From Capsulimonadaceae bacterium (GTDB lineage: Bacteria > Armatimonadota > Armatimonadia > Armatimonadales > Capsulimonadaceae), in contig OZ244065.1 of assembly GCA_965215505.1 (NCBI GenBank), forward strand, positions 3,040,001-3,104,000: a stretch of DNA of 64,000 nt, given 5' to 3'. Positions within the stretch are counted from its first letter, which is position 1. Each line of letters starts with the position of its first letter. The notes beneath the pieces were generated by a model. That model was not told the origin of the DNA. It made no database searches and was given only the letters and a program-made list of their open reading frames with translations. Made by a program: the position numbers and the translations under genes. Of the stretch, positions 29,992 to 38,856 are shown in pieces.

Positions 29992-31351
29992 GATAGAGAC
30001 CCCGAACCCAGACACTCCGAACACGGGAACCCAGAACACGGAGCCTCCAAACCAAGACGGCCCCCAGGCCGTGCGCTCCCCGGAGGCACAGTCGCGCGCC
30101 GACGGCCTCCGGAGGCGTTCGGGGGCGTCCCCGAGCCGGGGGCTGCTGCCGGACGCCCTGGAGGAGCTGAACGCGACCGTCGAGGAGCTGCGCGTCGCCG
30201 AGGAGGAGATGCGCGCCCAGAACGAGGAGCTGATGCAGACCCGCCTGCGCGTCGAGGCCGAGCGGCACCGCTACCAGGACCTGTTCGAATTCGCGCCCGA
30301 AGGCTACATCATCACCGACCGCGACGGGCGCGTCCTGGAAGCGAACCGCGCCGCCGCCGAGATGCTGGGCATCGCGCCGCGCTTCCTGAAAGGGCGCGGA
30401 TTGGGCACCTCGGTCGCCCCCGAGGACCTGCCCGCCTACTCCGCCGCCCTGCGCGACGCCGACTCCCAGCCCCAGGAGCTGGCGGTGCGCCTGCGCCGCC
30501 GCCACGTCGGCCTGTTCCGCGCCGCCATCACCGTCGCCCACGTCGCCGCCCTGGGGGACCGGCCCACCACCCTGCGCTGGCTGGTCCGCGACGTTTCCGC
30601 CCGCCACGAGGCCGAGACCGCCCGGCAGGCCGACGCGGACCGGGAGCGGCGCACCGCCGAAGACCTGCGGCGCTTGCTTCTCCCCGCCCTCCCCGCCGCC
30701 GCGTTCGCCGGCCTGGCTGTGGAGGCGTTCATGCAGGCCTGGGAGGACGGCGCGGAGGTCGGCGGCGGCTTCTTCGACGCCTTCGCGCTGGGAGAGGGGG
30801 CTGTCGCCCTGGCGGCCGGCGTCGCCCTGGGCGGAGGCCTGGCTGCCGCCGCCCTGTCGGCCGAGTTCCGGTACGCCCTGCGCCTCCTCCTCCGCGAGAG
30901 CGGCCGCCCCGCGCCCGTTCTGGCCCGGCTGCACGAGGCCGCCTGCGCCGCCCAGCGCCTGGACGATGCGGGCGGCGACCGGAACGTCGCGGTGACACTT
31001 GCAGTCCTGGACACCCGGACCGGCGAAACCCTGCTGGCCTCGGCAGGCGGCGAGCCGGCGCTGCTCGTGCGCGCGGACGGCGCGGTCGAAACCTTCGCGG
31101 ACGTGAACCCGCCGCTCGGCGTCCAGCCCGGCCTCCTCTACGCCGAGACACCCGTAACGCTGAACGCGGGCGACACGCTGCTCCTGACGGCGGGCCTGGC
31201 GGGGACGCCCGGCCTGGCCGAAACCGCTGCCGCGCGGCACGACGCCCCCCTCGGCGTCACGGCCCAGGCCGTGCTGGACGCGGTCCGGGCCGAGTCGGGC
31301 GGCGCGCTCGGGTCGGAGGTCTGCCTGCTGCTGGCGCGGCGGGAGGGGTGA
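29984..31351 (+). CDS. PAS + SpoIIE/PP2C-like protein with degenerate active site
   Basis: Coiled coil, PAS, then PP2C-like segment (EVGGGFFD, ASAGGEP, GDTLLLTAG). Confidence 0.75.
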   Translation: MPEIETPNPDTPNTGTQNTEPPNQDGPQAVRSPEAQSRADGLRRRSGASPSRGLLPDALEELNATVEELRVAEEEMRAQNEELMQTRLRVEAERHRYQDLFEFAPEGYIITDRDGRVLEANRAAAEMLGIAPRFLKGRGLGTSVAPEDLPAYSAALRDADSQPQELAVRLRRRHVGLFRAAITVAHVAALGDRPTTLRWLVRDVSARHEAETARQADADRERRTAEDLRRLLLPALPAAAFAGLAVEAFMQAWEDGAEVGGGFFDAFALGEGAVALAAGVALGGGLAAAALSAEFRYALRLLLRESGRPAPVLARLHEAACAAQRLDDAGGDRNVAVTLAVLDTRTGETLLASAGGEPALLVRADGAVETFADVNPPLGVQPGLLYAETPVTLNAGDTLLLTAGLAGTPGLAETAAARHDAPLGVTAQAVLDAVRAESGGALGSEVCLLLARREG

Positions 31352-31372
31352 GGCGAGGAGGGAACCCGGAGC

Positions 31373-31640
31373 CAAACCGCCGGTCCACGCGGAGGGACAT
31401 CGGGGGATGACGCCGAAGGGAAAGAGGGCCGGGGAACGAGGGTCGGGTCCCCCGACCCCTACGGGGACGGTGTAGGGGCGCGGCAAGAGAAAGAGGGCGC
31501 GGCAAGCAGCGCCCCTACGAGGCCCTCCGGGCATCACGTTGTCCGAAGCACCGAAGGGGCGGCCCACCGGCGCAGCCGGCAATAGACCGGCCCTTCAGGG
31601 CCGGGGACTTCGAGGGCCGGGGGCTTCGGGGGGCCGGGAA
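31373..31640 (+). repeat. Composite BIME-like repeat, copy C, with nested GTAG REPs
   Basis: Same end blocks as copies A and B; internal ...cccctac / gtagggg... units. Confidence 0.65.
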
Positions 31641-31673
31641 CACCACGCCCGTAAATATTCTCCGTCAGCGCCC

Positions 31674-31703
31674 TTGACAACCCCCATTCCTTGCGGGTAG
31701 ACT
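31674..31703 (+). promoter_or_regulatory. Sigma-70 promoter of tRNA gene
   Basis: TTGACA-N18-TAGACT. Confidence 0.7.
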
Positions 31704-31715
31704 TGCTTTGTGCGT

Positions 31716-31789
31716 GGCCTCGTAGCTCAGCGGATTAGAGTACTTCCCTCCGAAGGAAGGGGTCGCAGGTTCGAATCCCGCCGAGGTCA
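31716..31789 (+). tRNA. tRNA-Arg(CCG), CCA not encoded
   Basis: Acceptor ggcctcg/cgaggtc, anticodon arm cttcc-ctccgaa-ggaag, T-loop GTTCGAATC. Confidence 0.96.
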
Positions 31790-31899
31790 CTCAGTTTTTC
31801 TCGTATCGCACCGCCAGAACTGCCCACCGCGCCCTGCGGCGGGCTTTCTTTTTGACGCTCTTTATCCTGTCCTTTCGACCACTTTTTAAGGAAACACCC

Positions 31900-32829
31900 A
31901 TGCCCCAGTCCCCCGTCCTCATCGTCGGCTCCATGGCCCTGGACTCGGTCAAGACGCCCACCGGCGAAGTCAAAGACGCCCTGGGCGGCGCGGCGGACTA
32001 CTCCGGCGTCGCCGCCTCGTTCTTCTCCCCCGTCCAGCTCGTCGGCGTGGTCGGCGGCGACTTCCCGCCCGAGCATCTGGAGTTCCTGAAGTCGCGCGGG
32101 ATCGACCTCGCCGGGGTGCAGACGGTCACGGGCGGCAAGACCTTCCGCTGGGCCGGCTACTATGACTTCGACCTGAACATCGCTCACACGCTCGACACGC
32201 AGTTGAACGTCTTCGCCGACTTCCAGCCGTCCCTGCCCGAAAGCTACAAGAAGGCCAAGTACGTCTTCCTCGCCAACATCGACCCAGAACTCCAGCTCCA
32301 GGTGCTGACGCAGGTGGAGGCCCCGACTCTGACCGTCTGCGACACCATGAACTTCTGGATCGAGGGCAAGCGGGACGCCCTGGTCGAGGTCCTGAAGCGC
32401 GTGGACATCGCCTTCATGAACGACGCCGAGGCGCGGCAGCTCACCGGCAAGCTCTCGGTCATCAAGGCCGCCCGCGCCTTGCAGGAGATGGGGCCGAAGA
32501 CGGTCATCATCAAGAAGGGCGAACACGGCGCGCTGCTGTTCAGCGGCGACTCGCACTTCGCCGCCCCCTCCTACCCTCTGGAGGACATCGCCGACCCGAC
32601 CGGCGCGGGCGACTCGTTCGCCGGCGGCTTCATCGGCTACGTCGCCTCGCGCGAGGACACCAGCGTCGCGACGCTCAAGAAGGCGGTCGTCTACGGCAGC
32701 GTCATGGCCTCCTACAACGTCGAGGATTTCTCCCTGAACCGCTTGCGGACCCTGACCCAGCAGGACATCGCCTCCCGCTACCGTGCCTTCCAGGAGATCG
32801 CCCACTTCGAGGCGCTGGACGCGGCGTGA
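31900..32829 (+). CDS. PfkB-family carbohydrate/nucleoside kinase
   Basis: IIKKGEHGA, DPTGAGDSFAGG. Confidence 0.92.
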   Translation: MPQSPVLIVGSMALDSVKTPTGEVKDALGGAADYSGVAASFFSPVQLVGVVGGDFPPEHLEFLKSRGIDLAGVQTVTGGKTFRWAGYYDFDLNIAHTLDTQLNVFADFQPSLPESYKKAKYVFLANIDPELQLQVLTQVEAPTLTVCDTMNFWIEGKRDALVEVLKRVDIAFMNDAEARQLTGKLSVIKAARALQEMGPKTVIIKKGEHGALLFSGDSHFAAPSYPLEDIADPTGAGDSFAGGFIGYVASREDTSVATLKKAVVYGSVMASYNVEDFSLNRLRTLTQQDIASRYRAFQEIAHFEALDAA

Positions 32830-32858
32830 CCCCCGGCATCGGGGGCGGGGAGGGCTGT

Positions 32859-33572
32859 ATGTCCGCCGTCATCAGCCTGCTCGTCCCCTTCCTCTCCCTC
32901 CTCTACCCGCCCCGCTGCCTTGTCTGCCGGACGTTGGGCGAGGCGGGCCTGTGCGCTCCCTGCCTTGGCCGGTTTCTCCCTGTCGCCGCCCCGTTGTGCC
33001 CCACCTGCGGCCACTCGCTCGGCGACGGGGGCGGCTGCTTCAACTGCGCCGTCCGCCGCCCCGCCTACGACCGCGCCCGCGCCTTGGGCGCGTATGAGGG
33101 CGTCCTGCGCGCCGCCATCCACCAGTTCAAATACCGCGACCGCCCGCAGCTCGCCGCCCCGCTCGGATCGCGGCTCGCCGCCTTCGCCCACGCGAGTGCC
33201 CCGGCCCTGAACGGCCTGCGTTTCGACGCCCTGCTCCCCGTCCCGATCCATGCCGTCCGCCGGCGAGGGCGCGGCTACAACCAGTCCGAGCGGCTGGCCC
33301 GCGTCGTCGCCGGCGAACTCGGCCTGACGCTCCTCACGAACGCCCTCGTCCGCACCCGCGCCACCCGCCCCCAGGTCGGGCTGACCGCCGAGGCCCGCCG
33401 CACGAACCTGGCCGGCGCGTTCGCCGTCCGCCGCCCCGAGGCCGTCCTGGGGAAGACCCTGCTGCTGATTGACGACGTGGTGACGACCGGCAGCAGCCTC
33501 CACGAGTGCGCCCTGGTACTGAAAGCACACGGGGCGAAGGCAGTCTACGCCTTGACCCTGGCGGCGGGGTGA
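32859..33572 (+). CDS. comF: ComF family protein (double zinc ribbon + PRTase)
   Basis: Four CxxC, PVPIH..RGYNQS, LLIDDVVTTGSSL. Confidence 0.9.
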   Translation: MSAVISLLVPFLSLLYPPRCLVCRTLGEAGLCAPCLGRFLPVAAPLCPTCGHSLGDGGGCFNCAVRRPAYDRARALGAYEGVLRAAIHQFKYRDRPQLAAPLGSRLAAFAHASAPALNGLRFDALLPVPIHAVRRRGRGYNQSERLARVVAGELGLTLLTNALVRTRATRPQVGLTAEARRTNLAGAFAVRRPEAVLGKTLLLIDDVVTTGSSLHECALVLKAHGAKAVYALTLAAG

Positions 33573-34315
33573 CCCTCGCGCCGTGCCCGCCTGACACGGC
33601 CCGCCAGCACCGTCCCTCCGAGGCACAGCATCCCCAGCCCCACGAGGGCCGACGTGGACGCCTCGGGGACGGGCGCGGCGTTGGTGAGCGTGAACATCGC
33701 CGCGCCTGGTGCCACCTCGATGACATCGCCTGTCACGCTCTGGCCGTTTTGCAGCAGGCCCGTCAGCAGGTAGTCCGTGCCGCCGTAAAGCGTCTTGCCG
33801 CCGGGGTCGGGGGCGTAGGACAGGCCGCGCCCGATGAAGTTGAATCCGCCGGTCGTTTCGTCGAGGAAGGTCACGCCGTTTAGCTGCCCGAACGTGCCGC
33901 CGCTGACGTTGACGGTGCTGTGGTTGGAGCGGCTCAGGGCGGGGTTGATGTGGTACGGCTCGATGGCCCCGAGGTAGCTGCCGACCGAGCCGCCGCTGAC
34001 GTTGACAGTGCTGGAGTCGAAGCTCCACAGCTCGTCGCTGATCGAGCCGCCGCGCATGTTGAAGACACTGGCGGTATTGATCTGCACGATGCCGTCAATC
34101 GAGCCGCCGCTGACGAGGTTGACGGTCGGGCTGAACGGGGGGCTGCCGCTGCTGTCGGAGCTTCCGACGAACACATCGCTGGTGATGGCGTAGTTGATGG
34201 TGGTGTCGAAGTTGAGCTGGGTCGCGGCGGCGGGCCGGGCGGCCAGTCCGAGGGCGGTCAGTGTCGCCAGCCCCAGGAGCGGGGCGAGGCGGGTGAGGCG
34301 CTGTGTGCTGTGCAT
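33545..34315 (-). CDS. Secreted PEP-CTERM-type sorted protein
   Basis: Signal peptide, VNVSGG repeats, C-terminal APVPEAST + TM + basic tail. Confidence 0.85.
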   Translation of the reverse strand: MHSTQRLTRLAPLLGLATLTALGLAARPAAATQLNFDTTINYAITSDVFVGSSDSSGSPPFSPTVNLVSGGSIDGIVQINTASVFNMRGGSISDELWSFDSSTVNVSGGSVGSYLGAIEPYHINPALSRSNHSTVNVSGGTFGQLNGVTFLDETTGGFNFIGRGLSYAPDPGGKTLYGGTDYLLTGLLQNGQSVTGDVIEVAPGAAMFTLTNAAPVPEASTSALVGLGMLCLGGTVLAGRVRRARREGHPAARVKA

Positions 34316-34442
34316 GTCGAGGGTCCCTTTCGTCCTGTCTGCCGAAGGCGTCGGAATGGCGTGGAAGTACCGCTCGGAGGAAGATGCGTGGTCGCCTGCT
34401 ACAAGCAGCAGTATACCCGAATAGGCTGATTTTACGAATGGG

Positions 34443-35426
34443 ATGAGAAGGATGAATACTCTCAAGGCATCAACTACCCGCCGCGAACACTTGAGGCAGG
34501 CGCAGACCGCCCTCGCGCAGTATGCCCTCGGTCCCGCCACGCTCACCTTTCAGGGTGACGCGGAAAACACCACCTTCCGCGTCCACACCACAGAGAGCGG
34601 CGCGCGGTTCCTGCTGCGGCGGCACAAGCCGGGACAGCAGACCCACCACACTGAGATCTTTTTGCGCTCCGAAATGGAATGGCTGGCGGCGATCCGCGCA
34701 GACACGGACATCACCGCGCCCGGCCCCATCGCCAACCTGGACGGAGGCTGGGTGACGGACACCAACGGCGCTCTGTGGACGCTGACGGTCTGGGTCGAGG
34801 GCCTGTTTCTGACAGACCAACGCGCGCCCTCCCGCGCCCTCCGGGCGGGCGAAACGCTGGCCCGCCTGCACCGACACGGCGAGACATGGACACGGACGGC
34901 GGGCTTCGCGCGCCCGCGCCATGACGAGCAGGCTTTGAACGAACACCTGGACGCCTATCGCCTTGCCGCCGCTTCGGGGCTGCTGACGGCCGGCGATCTT
35001 GCCGTCATCGAGGCCGCCGGAGAGCGCGTATCAGCGGCGATGAGGGAAGTTAGCGAAGCGCGGACGGACTTCGGCCTGATTCACGGCGATTTCCACAACC
35101 GTAATTACCTGTTTCATCGCGGCGAAGTGCGCCCGATAGACTTCTCGCTCTGCGGCGACGGCTACTATCTGGCCGATCTAGGATACGCCTTGTGCGGCCT
35201 CCACCACCGGAGCGAGGGCTTGGCGGGTTATCAGAGCATCCGCCCGCTGCCCTCGCTGCATCTGACGCTCATCGAGACGTTCATGGTGTCCGGCATCCTC
35301 GGCGAGACGGCGTTCCACATGAAGCAGGCACACCAGCAGGGGCGGCCGTTCGACCATCCGACGTGGCTGATCGACAGCCTGCGGGACAAGTTCTTGCAGG
35401 GCGAGTACTTCCTGACGGATTGGTAG
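34443..35426 (+). CDS. APH / type II homoserine kinase-like phosphotransferase
   Basis: ENTTFRV, LIHGDFHNRNYLF, PIDFSLCG. Confidence 0.85.
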   Translation: MRRMNTLKASTTRREHLRQAQTALAQYALGPATLTFQGDAENTTFRVHTTESGARFLLRRHKPGQQTHHTEIFLRSEMEWLAAIRADTDITAPGPIANLDGGWVTDTNGALWTLTVWVEGLFLTDQRAPSRALRAGETLARLHRHGETWTRTAGFARPRHDEQALNEHLDAYRLAAASGLLTAGDLAVIEAAGERVSAAMREVSEARTDFGLIHGDFHNRNYLFHRGEVRPIDFSLCGDGYYLADLGYALCGLHHRSEGLAGYQSIRPLPSLHLTLIETFMVSGILGETAFHMKQAHQQGRPFDHPTWLIDSLRDKFLQGEYFLTDW

Positions 35427-35475
35427 GCGGGCCAATGCTTCAGTGGCTCATATGACGATCTGGTCGCCGCGCTGG

Positions 35476-35588
35476 TTAGTAGATGACGCAGCGTTTTACC
35501 TACCGGCAGTTCCCTCCACGAGTGCGCGCTGGTTCTGAGGTCCAATGGCGCAAAGTTCGTTTACGCGCTGACGCTGGCGGCGGGTTAA
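35476..35588 (+). pseudogene. Orphan duplicate of comF 3' end
   Basis: 35502-35588 encodes TGSSLHECALVLRSNGAKFVYALTLAAG*; comF 33486-33572 encodes TGSSLHECALVLKAHGAKAVYALTLAAG*. Confidence 0.88.
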
Positions 35589-35803
35589 CGCCATGAAAAA
35601 CGGTGAGGCCATCTTTGACATGGCCGGGGTGGGTGTGGACAACATGGCACTCCTCGTCGCGGGCAGTGGCACACCCAAGCCCCATTCAGACACGGACGGG
35701 ACCGCGACCACTCCCGCAAAAATGAGGTTGACAGCGGCTTGCTTGCCTGGTACAATGGCGGGCGGCAAACATAAGTTTGCCACGTTGAAACAAGGAGCCG
35801 CTG

Positions 35804-36364
35804 ATGAAACTCGCCAACATCCGCCTGCCGGTCCAATACATTAAGACCTCACTCTGTCTGCTCACCCTCGTCTGTGCGTCGAGCAGCGGGATGACCCACG
35901 CGGCCCCGCAGTCGCTCTCGACGGTACAGTTCCTCGTCGGCGATTGGGCGGGAGGCGGCGGCACTGATGCGGGGCGGGCGCAGGGCACATCTTCAATCAA
36001 GCCCGACCTCGGCGGGCACGTCTTGGTACGGCGCGACCACACGGAGTTCCCCGCCGCGAAGGGGCAGCCCGCCGCGTCAATGGACGCTCTGATGCTGATC
36101 TACTCTTCCCCGACGGATGGACGCTTGCACGCCACCTACACGGATAGCGGTGGGCACGCCATCCAGTATACGGCAGCCCATGTCGAGCCGGGCCGCCGAG
36201 TCGAGTTCGACAGCGATGCCTCACCCAATGCTCCGACGTTCCGCCTCACCTACGCGATCACGGGGCTTAAGGATCTAGAAATCAGGTTTGAAATGGCCGC
36301 CCCCGGTACGCCGTCGGTATTCCATCCTGTGGCGGTGGGGACGCTGAGACGGGTACGGAAATGA
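35804..36364 (+). CDS. Secreted hypothetical protein
   Basis: AAGGAG RBS, signal peptide, FLVGDWAG beta-rich domain. Confidence 0.7.
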   Translation: MKLANIRLPVQYIKTSLCLLTLVCASSSGMTHAAPQSLSTVQFLVGDWAGGGGTDAGRAQGTSSIKPDLGGHVLVRRDHTEFPAAKGQPAASMDALMLIYSSPTDGRLHATYTDSGGHAIQYTAAHVEPGRRVEFDSDASPNAPTFRLTYAITGLKDLEIRFEMAAPGTPSVFHPVAVGTLRRVRK

Positions 36365-36424
36365 AACGTGGAGGGGCTTCGCCTGCGAGGGCCTACCTCT
36401 GCGCGAGCGCTTCGGGGAAAGGGA

Positions 36425-37216
36425 TCAGCGCCCCCGCTGCCGCATGATCTCGAAGGCGATGACGGCGGTGGCCGAGGCTGTGCCCAGCGAGTGCATCATG
36501 GGCCGCCCGTAGGGGATACGCAGCTTTAGGTCGGCCTGGTCCAAGAACGACCGGGTGATGCCGCGCTTCTCGCCGCCAATCAGCAGGAACAGCGGGGCGG
36601 AGAGGTCGGCCTCATAGAGCGATACGCTGCCGCGCTCGTCGGTGGCACAGGCGACGGCCAGCCCCCGCGCCCGGAAGAAGGCGGCGGCTTCGGCGGCGGT
36701 GTCGGCGAGCGCGGTGGGGATCAATTCGGACGCCCCCGCCGAGGCGCGGGCGACGGTCCCCGCCGCCGACAGCCAGTTCCGGGGCCGCAGGACCAGCCCG
36801 TCCGCCCCGGCGGCATAGAGGGCGCGGACGGACGCGCCGAAGTTGAAGGGGTCTTCCACGCCATCAATCATGGCGACGAAAGCGGGCACCTTCCCTGCGG
36901 CCAGCGTCTCCAAAGCGGCGAAGCGGTACGGGCCGACGCGGGCCAGAACGCCTCCGTGAGTCCGCCCCCCCGCCTGCGCCCCGATGGTCTCCTCGGAGAG
37001 CCGTTCCACGGGCACACCCGCCACCCGCGCGAGCCGTTCCAATTGCCGCGTCTGCCCGTCGCTCTTGCCTTCGCGCAGGAGCAGGCCGTGGACGGCCCGG
37101 TGGCCGCCTTCCAGCGCGGCACTGACGGAGATGAAGCCTTCCAGCAGGGCGTCTTCGGCGGGGGCAGGGTCAGAGGTCTGTTCGTCGCACTGTTCCGAGG
37201 TTTGTTCGTCGGGCAT
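36425..37216 (-). CDS. TrmH/SpoU-family RNA methyltransferase
   Basis: DGVEDPFNFGA, IGGEKRGI, IPY..SLG; ATG 37216 lies 6 nt after TACAAT. Confidence 0.9.
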   Translation of the reverse strand: MPDEQTSEQCDEQTSDPAPAEDALLEGFISVSAALEGGHRAVHGLLLREGKSDGQTRQLERLARVAGVPVERLSEETIGAQAGGRTHGGVLARVGPYRFAALETLAAGKVPAFVAMIDGVEDPFNFGASVRALYAAGADGLVLRPRNWLSAAGTVARASAGASELIPTALADTAAEAAAFFRARGLAVACATDERGSVSLYEADLSAPLFLLIGGEKRGITRSFLDQADLKLRIPYGRPMMHSLGTASATAVIAFEIMRQRGR

Positions 37217-37249
37217 GGGGCCATTGTACCCGCACGGGAGGGCGGACAC

Positions 37250-37323
37250 AAAAAGAAGCCGCGACTCTCGTCGCGGCCCGGTAAAAGGGGATGAGCAATG
37301 GGAGGTCTTTCGACCTTAGCCAC
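37250..37323 (-). ncRNA. Candidate ~74-nt small RNA
   Basis: Own promoter, AGGUC-GAAA-GACCU hairpin, C/U-rich linker, terminator GCCGCGAC-GAGA-GUCGCGGC-UUCUUUUU. Confidence 0.6.
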
Positions 37324-37329
37324 ACCTCT

Positions 37330-37384
37330 ATTATGGTGGGGGCAGGTTAAGAGGACGTTAAGAGGCGGTTAAGGTTGTGTTAAG
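37330..37384 (-). promoter_or_regulatory. Promoter with four Pho-box-like repeats
   Basis: TTAAG at 37347, 37358, 37369, 37380; CATAAT -10 at 37330-37335. Confidence 0.7.
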
Positions 37385-37394
37385 GTTTAGGAGG

Positions 37395-37530
37395 CCCCCA
37401 CCCCCCGCCCCTCCCCCGCAAGCGTGAGAGGGGAGCATGACAAAAAGGGAAGTTTTTCCTGGAGGCTCCCCCTCCGCCCTTCATCTGACTCCCCATCTCC
37501 CGCTTGCGGGGGAGGGGCGGGGGGTGGGGG
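37395..37530. repeat. Inverted REP-like pair (cccgcaagcg family)
   Basis: cccctcccccgcaagcg...cgcttgcgggggagggg. Confidence 0.65.
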
Positions 37531-37584
37531 TCCGCTCCCCTCAGATTGACTTTGCCCGCCGCCGTGTGCTACACTTGCCCTGTC

Positions 37585-38841
37585 ATGCCTCACCCTACCG
37601 ACCTCTCGAATATGGACCTCTCGATTGACCAGCAGATGGAGCGGATCGCGCGCGGCACCTTCGACATCGTGCCGAAGAGCGAACTGAGGGCCAAGCTGGA
37701 GAAGTCGGCCCGCGACGGCAAGCCGTTATTGGTCAAGCTCGGCCTGGATCCGACCGCGCCCGACATCCATCTGGGCTTCGCCGTCGTCCTCCGCAAACTG
37801 CGGCTGTTCCAGGATTTAGGCCACGTCGTCGTCATCATCATCGGCGACTATACGGCGCTCATCGGCGACCCATCGGGGCGCTCTACGACCCGGCCCATGC
37901 TGTCTACGGAGGAGATCGAGGCCAACGGCAGGACTTACGTCGAGCAGCTTGCTAAAGTCCTGGACCGCGAGAAGACCGTCGTCCGTTTCAACAGCGAGTG
38001 GCTGGGGAAACTTAGCTTTGCCGAGTTGGTCGGGCTGGCCTCCAAGATGACCGTCGCCCAGGTCATGCAGCGCGAGGACTTCAAGAACCGCTTCGACGCC
38101 GGTCAGCCCATTGGACTACACGAACTCTTGTACCCCCTCGCCCAGGCTTATGACAGCGTCGCCATCGCGGCGGACGTCGAGATGGGCGGACAGGACCAGA
38201 CCTTCAACAACCTGGCGGGCCGTGCCCTACAAAAGGAGATGGGCCAGGAGGCGCAGGTCGTCCTGCTGATGCCGCTCCTGGTCGGCCTGGACGGCGTCAA
38301 GAAGATGAGCAAGTCGCTCGGCAACTACGTCGGCATCTCGGAGCCGCCCGCCGAGATGTTCGGCAAGCTGATGTCACTGAGCGACCCGCTCATGCCGACC
38401 TACTACGAGCTTTGCACCGACGTCCCGATGGACGAGGTGGCCGCCCTGACCGATGCGGGCCGGACGCACCCGCGCGAGGCGAAGAAGCGGCTGGCCCGCG
38501 AGGTCATCACGCTCTACCACGGTGCCGAGGCGGCCCAGGCCGCCGATGACGAGTTTGAGCGGGTCCACAAGCAGCACGAGGAACCCGAAGACATGCCCGA
38601 AGTGGCCGTGCCGGACAGCATCTGCGACGCGGCGGGCCACGCGCGCGTCACCGCCCTGCTGGTCGCGGCGGGCCTGGCCCCGTCGTCCGGCGAGGCCAAG
38701 CGCCTCATCGCCCAGGGCGGCGTCAGCATAGACGGCGAGAAGGTCGCCGACCCCGCCGGAACGATCCTGATCCGGTCCGGGCAGGTCGTCAAGGTCGGCA
38801 GGAACCGCTTCGCGCGGCTCATCGCGCCGGTCGGAGCCTAG
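37585..38841 (+). CDS. tyrS: Tyrosine--tRNA ligase
   Basis: GLDPTAPDIHLG, YPLAQAYD, GGQDQ, KMSKS, C-terminal S4 domain. Confidence 0.96.
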   Translation: MPHPTDLSNMDLSIDQQMERIARGTFDIVPKSELRAKLEKSARDGKPLLVKLGLDPTAPDIHLGFAVVLRKLRLFQDLGHVVVIIIGDYTALIGDPSGRSTTRPMLSTEEIEANGRTYVEQLAKVLDREKTVVRFNSEWLGKLSFAELVGLASKMTVAQVMQREDFKNRFDAGQPIGLHELLYPLAQAYDSVAIAADVEMGGQDQTFNNLAGRALQKEMGQEAQVVLLMPLLVGLDGVKKMSKSLGNYVGISEPPAEMFGKLMSLSDPLMPTYYELCTDVPMDEVAALTDAGRTHPREAKKRLAREVITLYHGAEAAQAADDEFERVHKQHEEPEDMPEVAVPDSICDAAGHARVTALLVAAGLAPSSGEAKRLIAQGGVSIDGEKVADPAGTILIRSGQVVKVGRNRFARLIAPVGA

Positions 38842-38856
38842 CCCCGAGGAAACCGC

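Noticed and set aside
29978-31582. Long antisense and alternate-frame ORFs here and throughout
   Set aside because: Shadow ORFs typical of high-GC DNA, overlapping genes with clear motifs.
31716-35588. Island integrated at tRNA-Arg
   Set aside because: No integrase and no repeat of the tRNA 3' end seen; the next genes are housekeeping.
35593-35844. 83-aa ORF after the comF remnant
   Set aside because: No motif or RBS, and it overlaps the next gene's upstream region and start.
36868-37323. Leaderless 151-aa protein starting at the sRNA start
   Set aside because: It crosses a strong terminator and overlaps trmH out of frame with no recognisable motif; a short peptide is not fully excluded.
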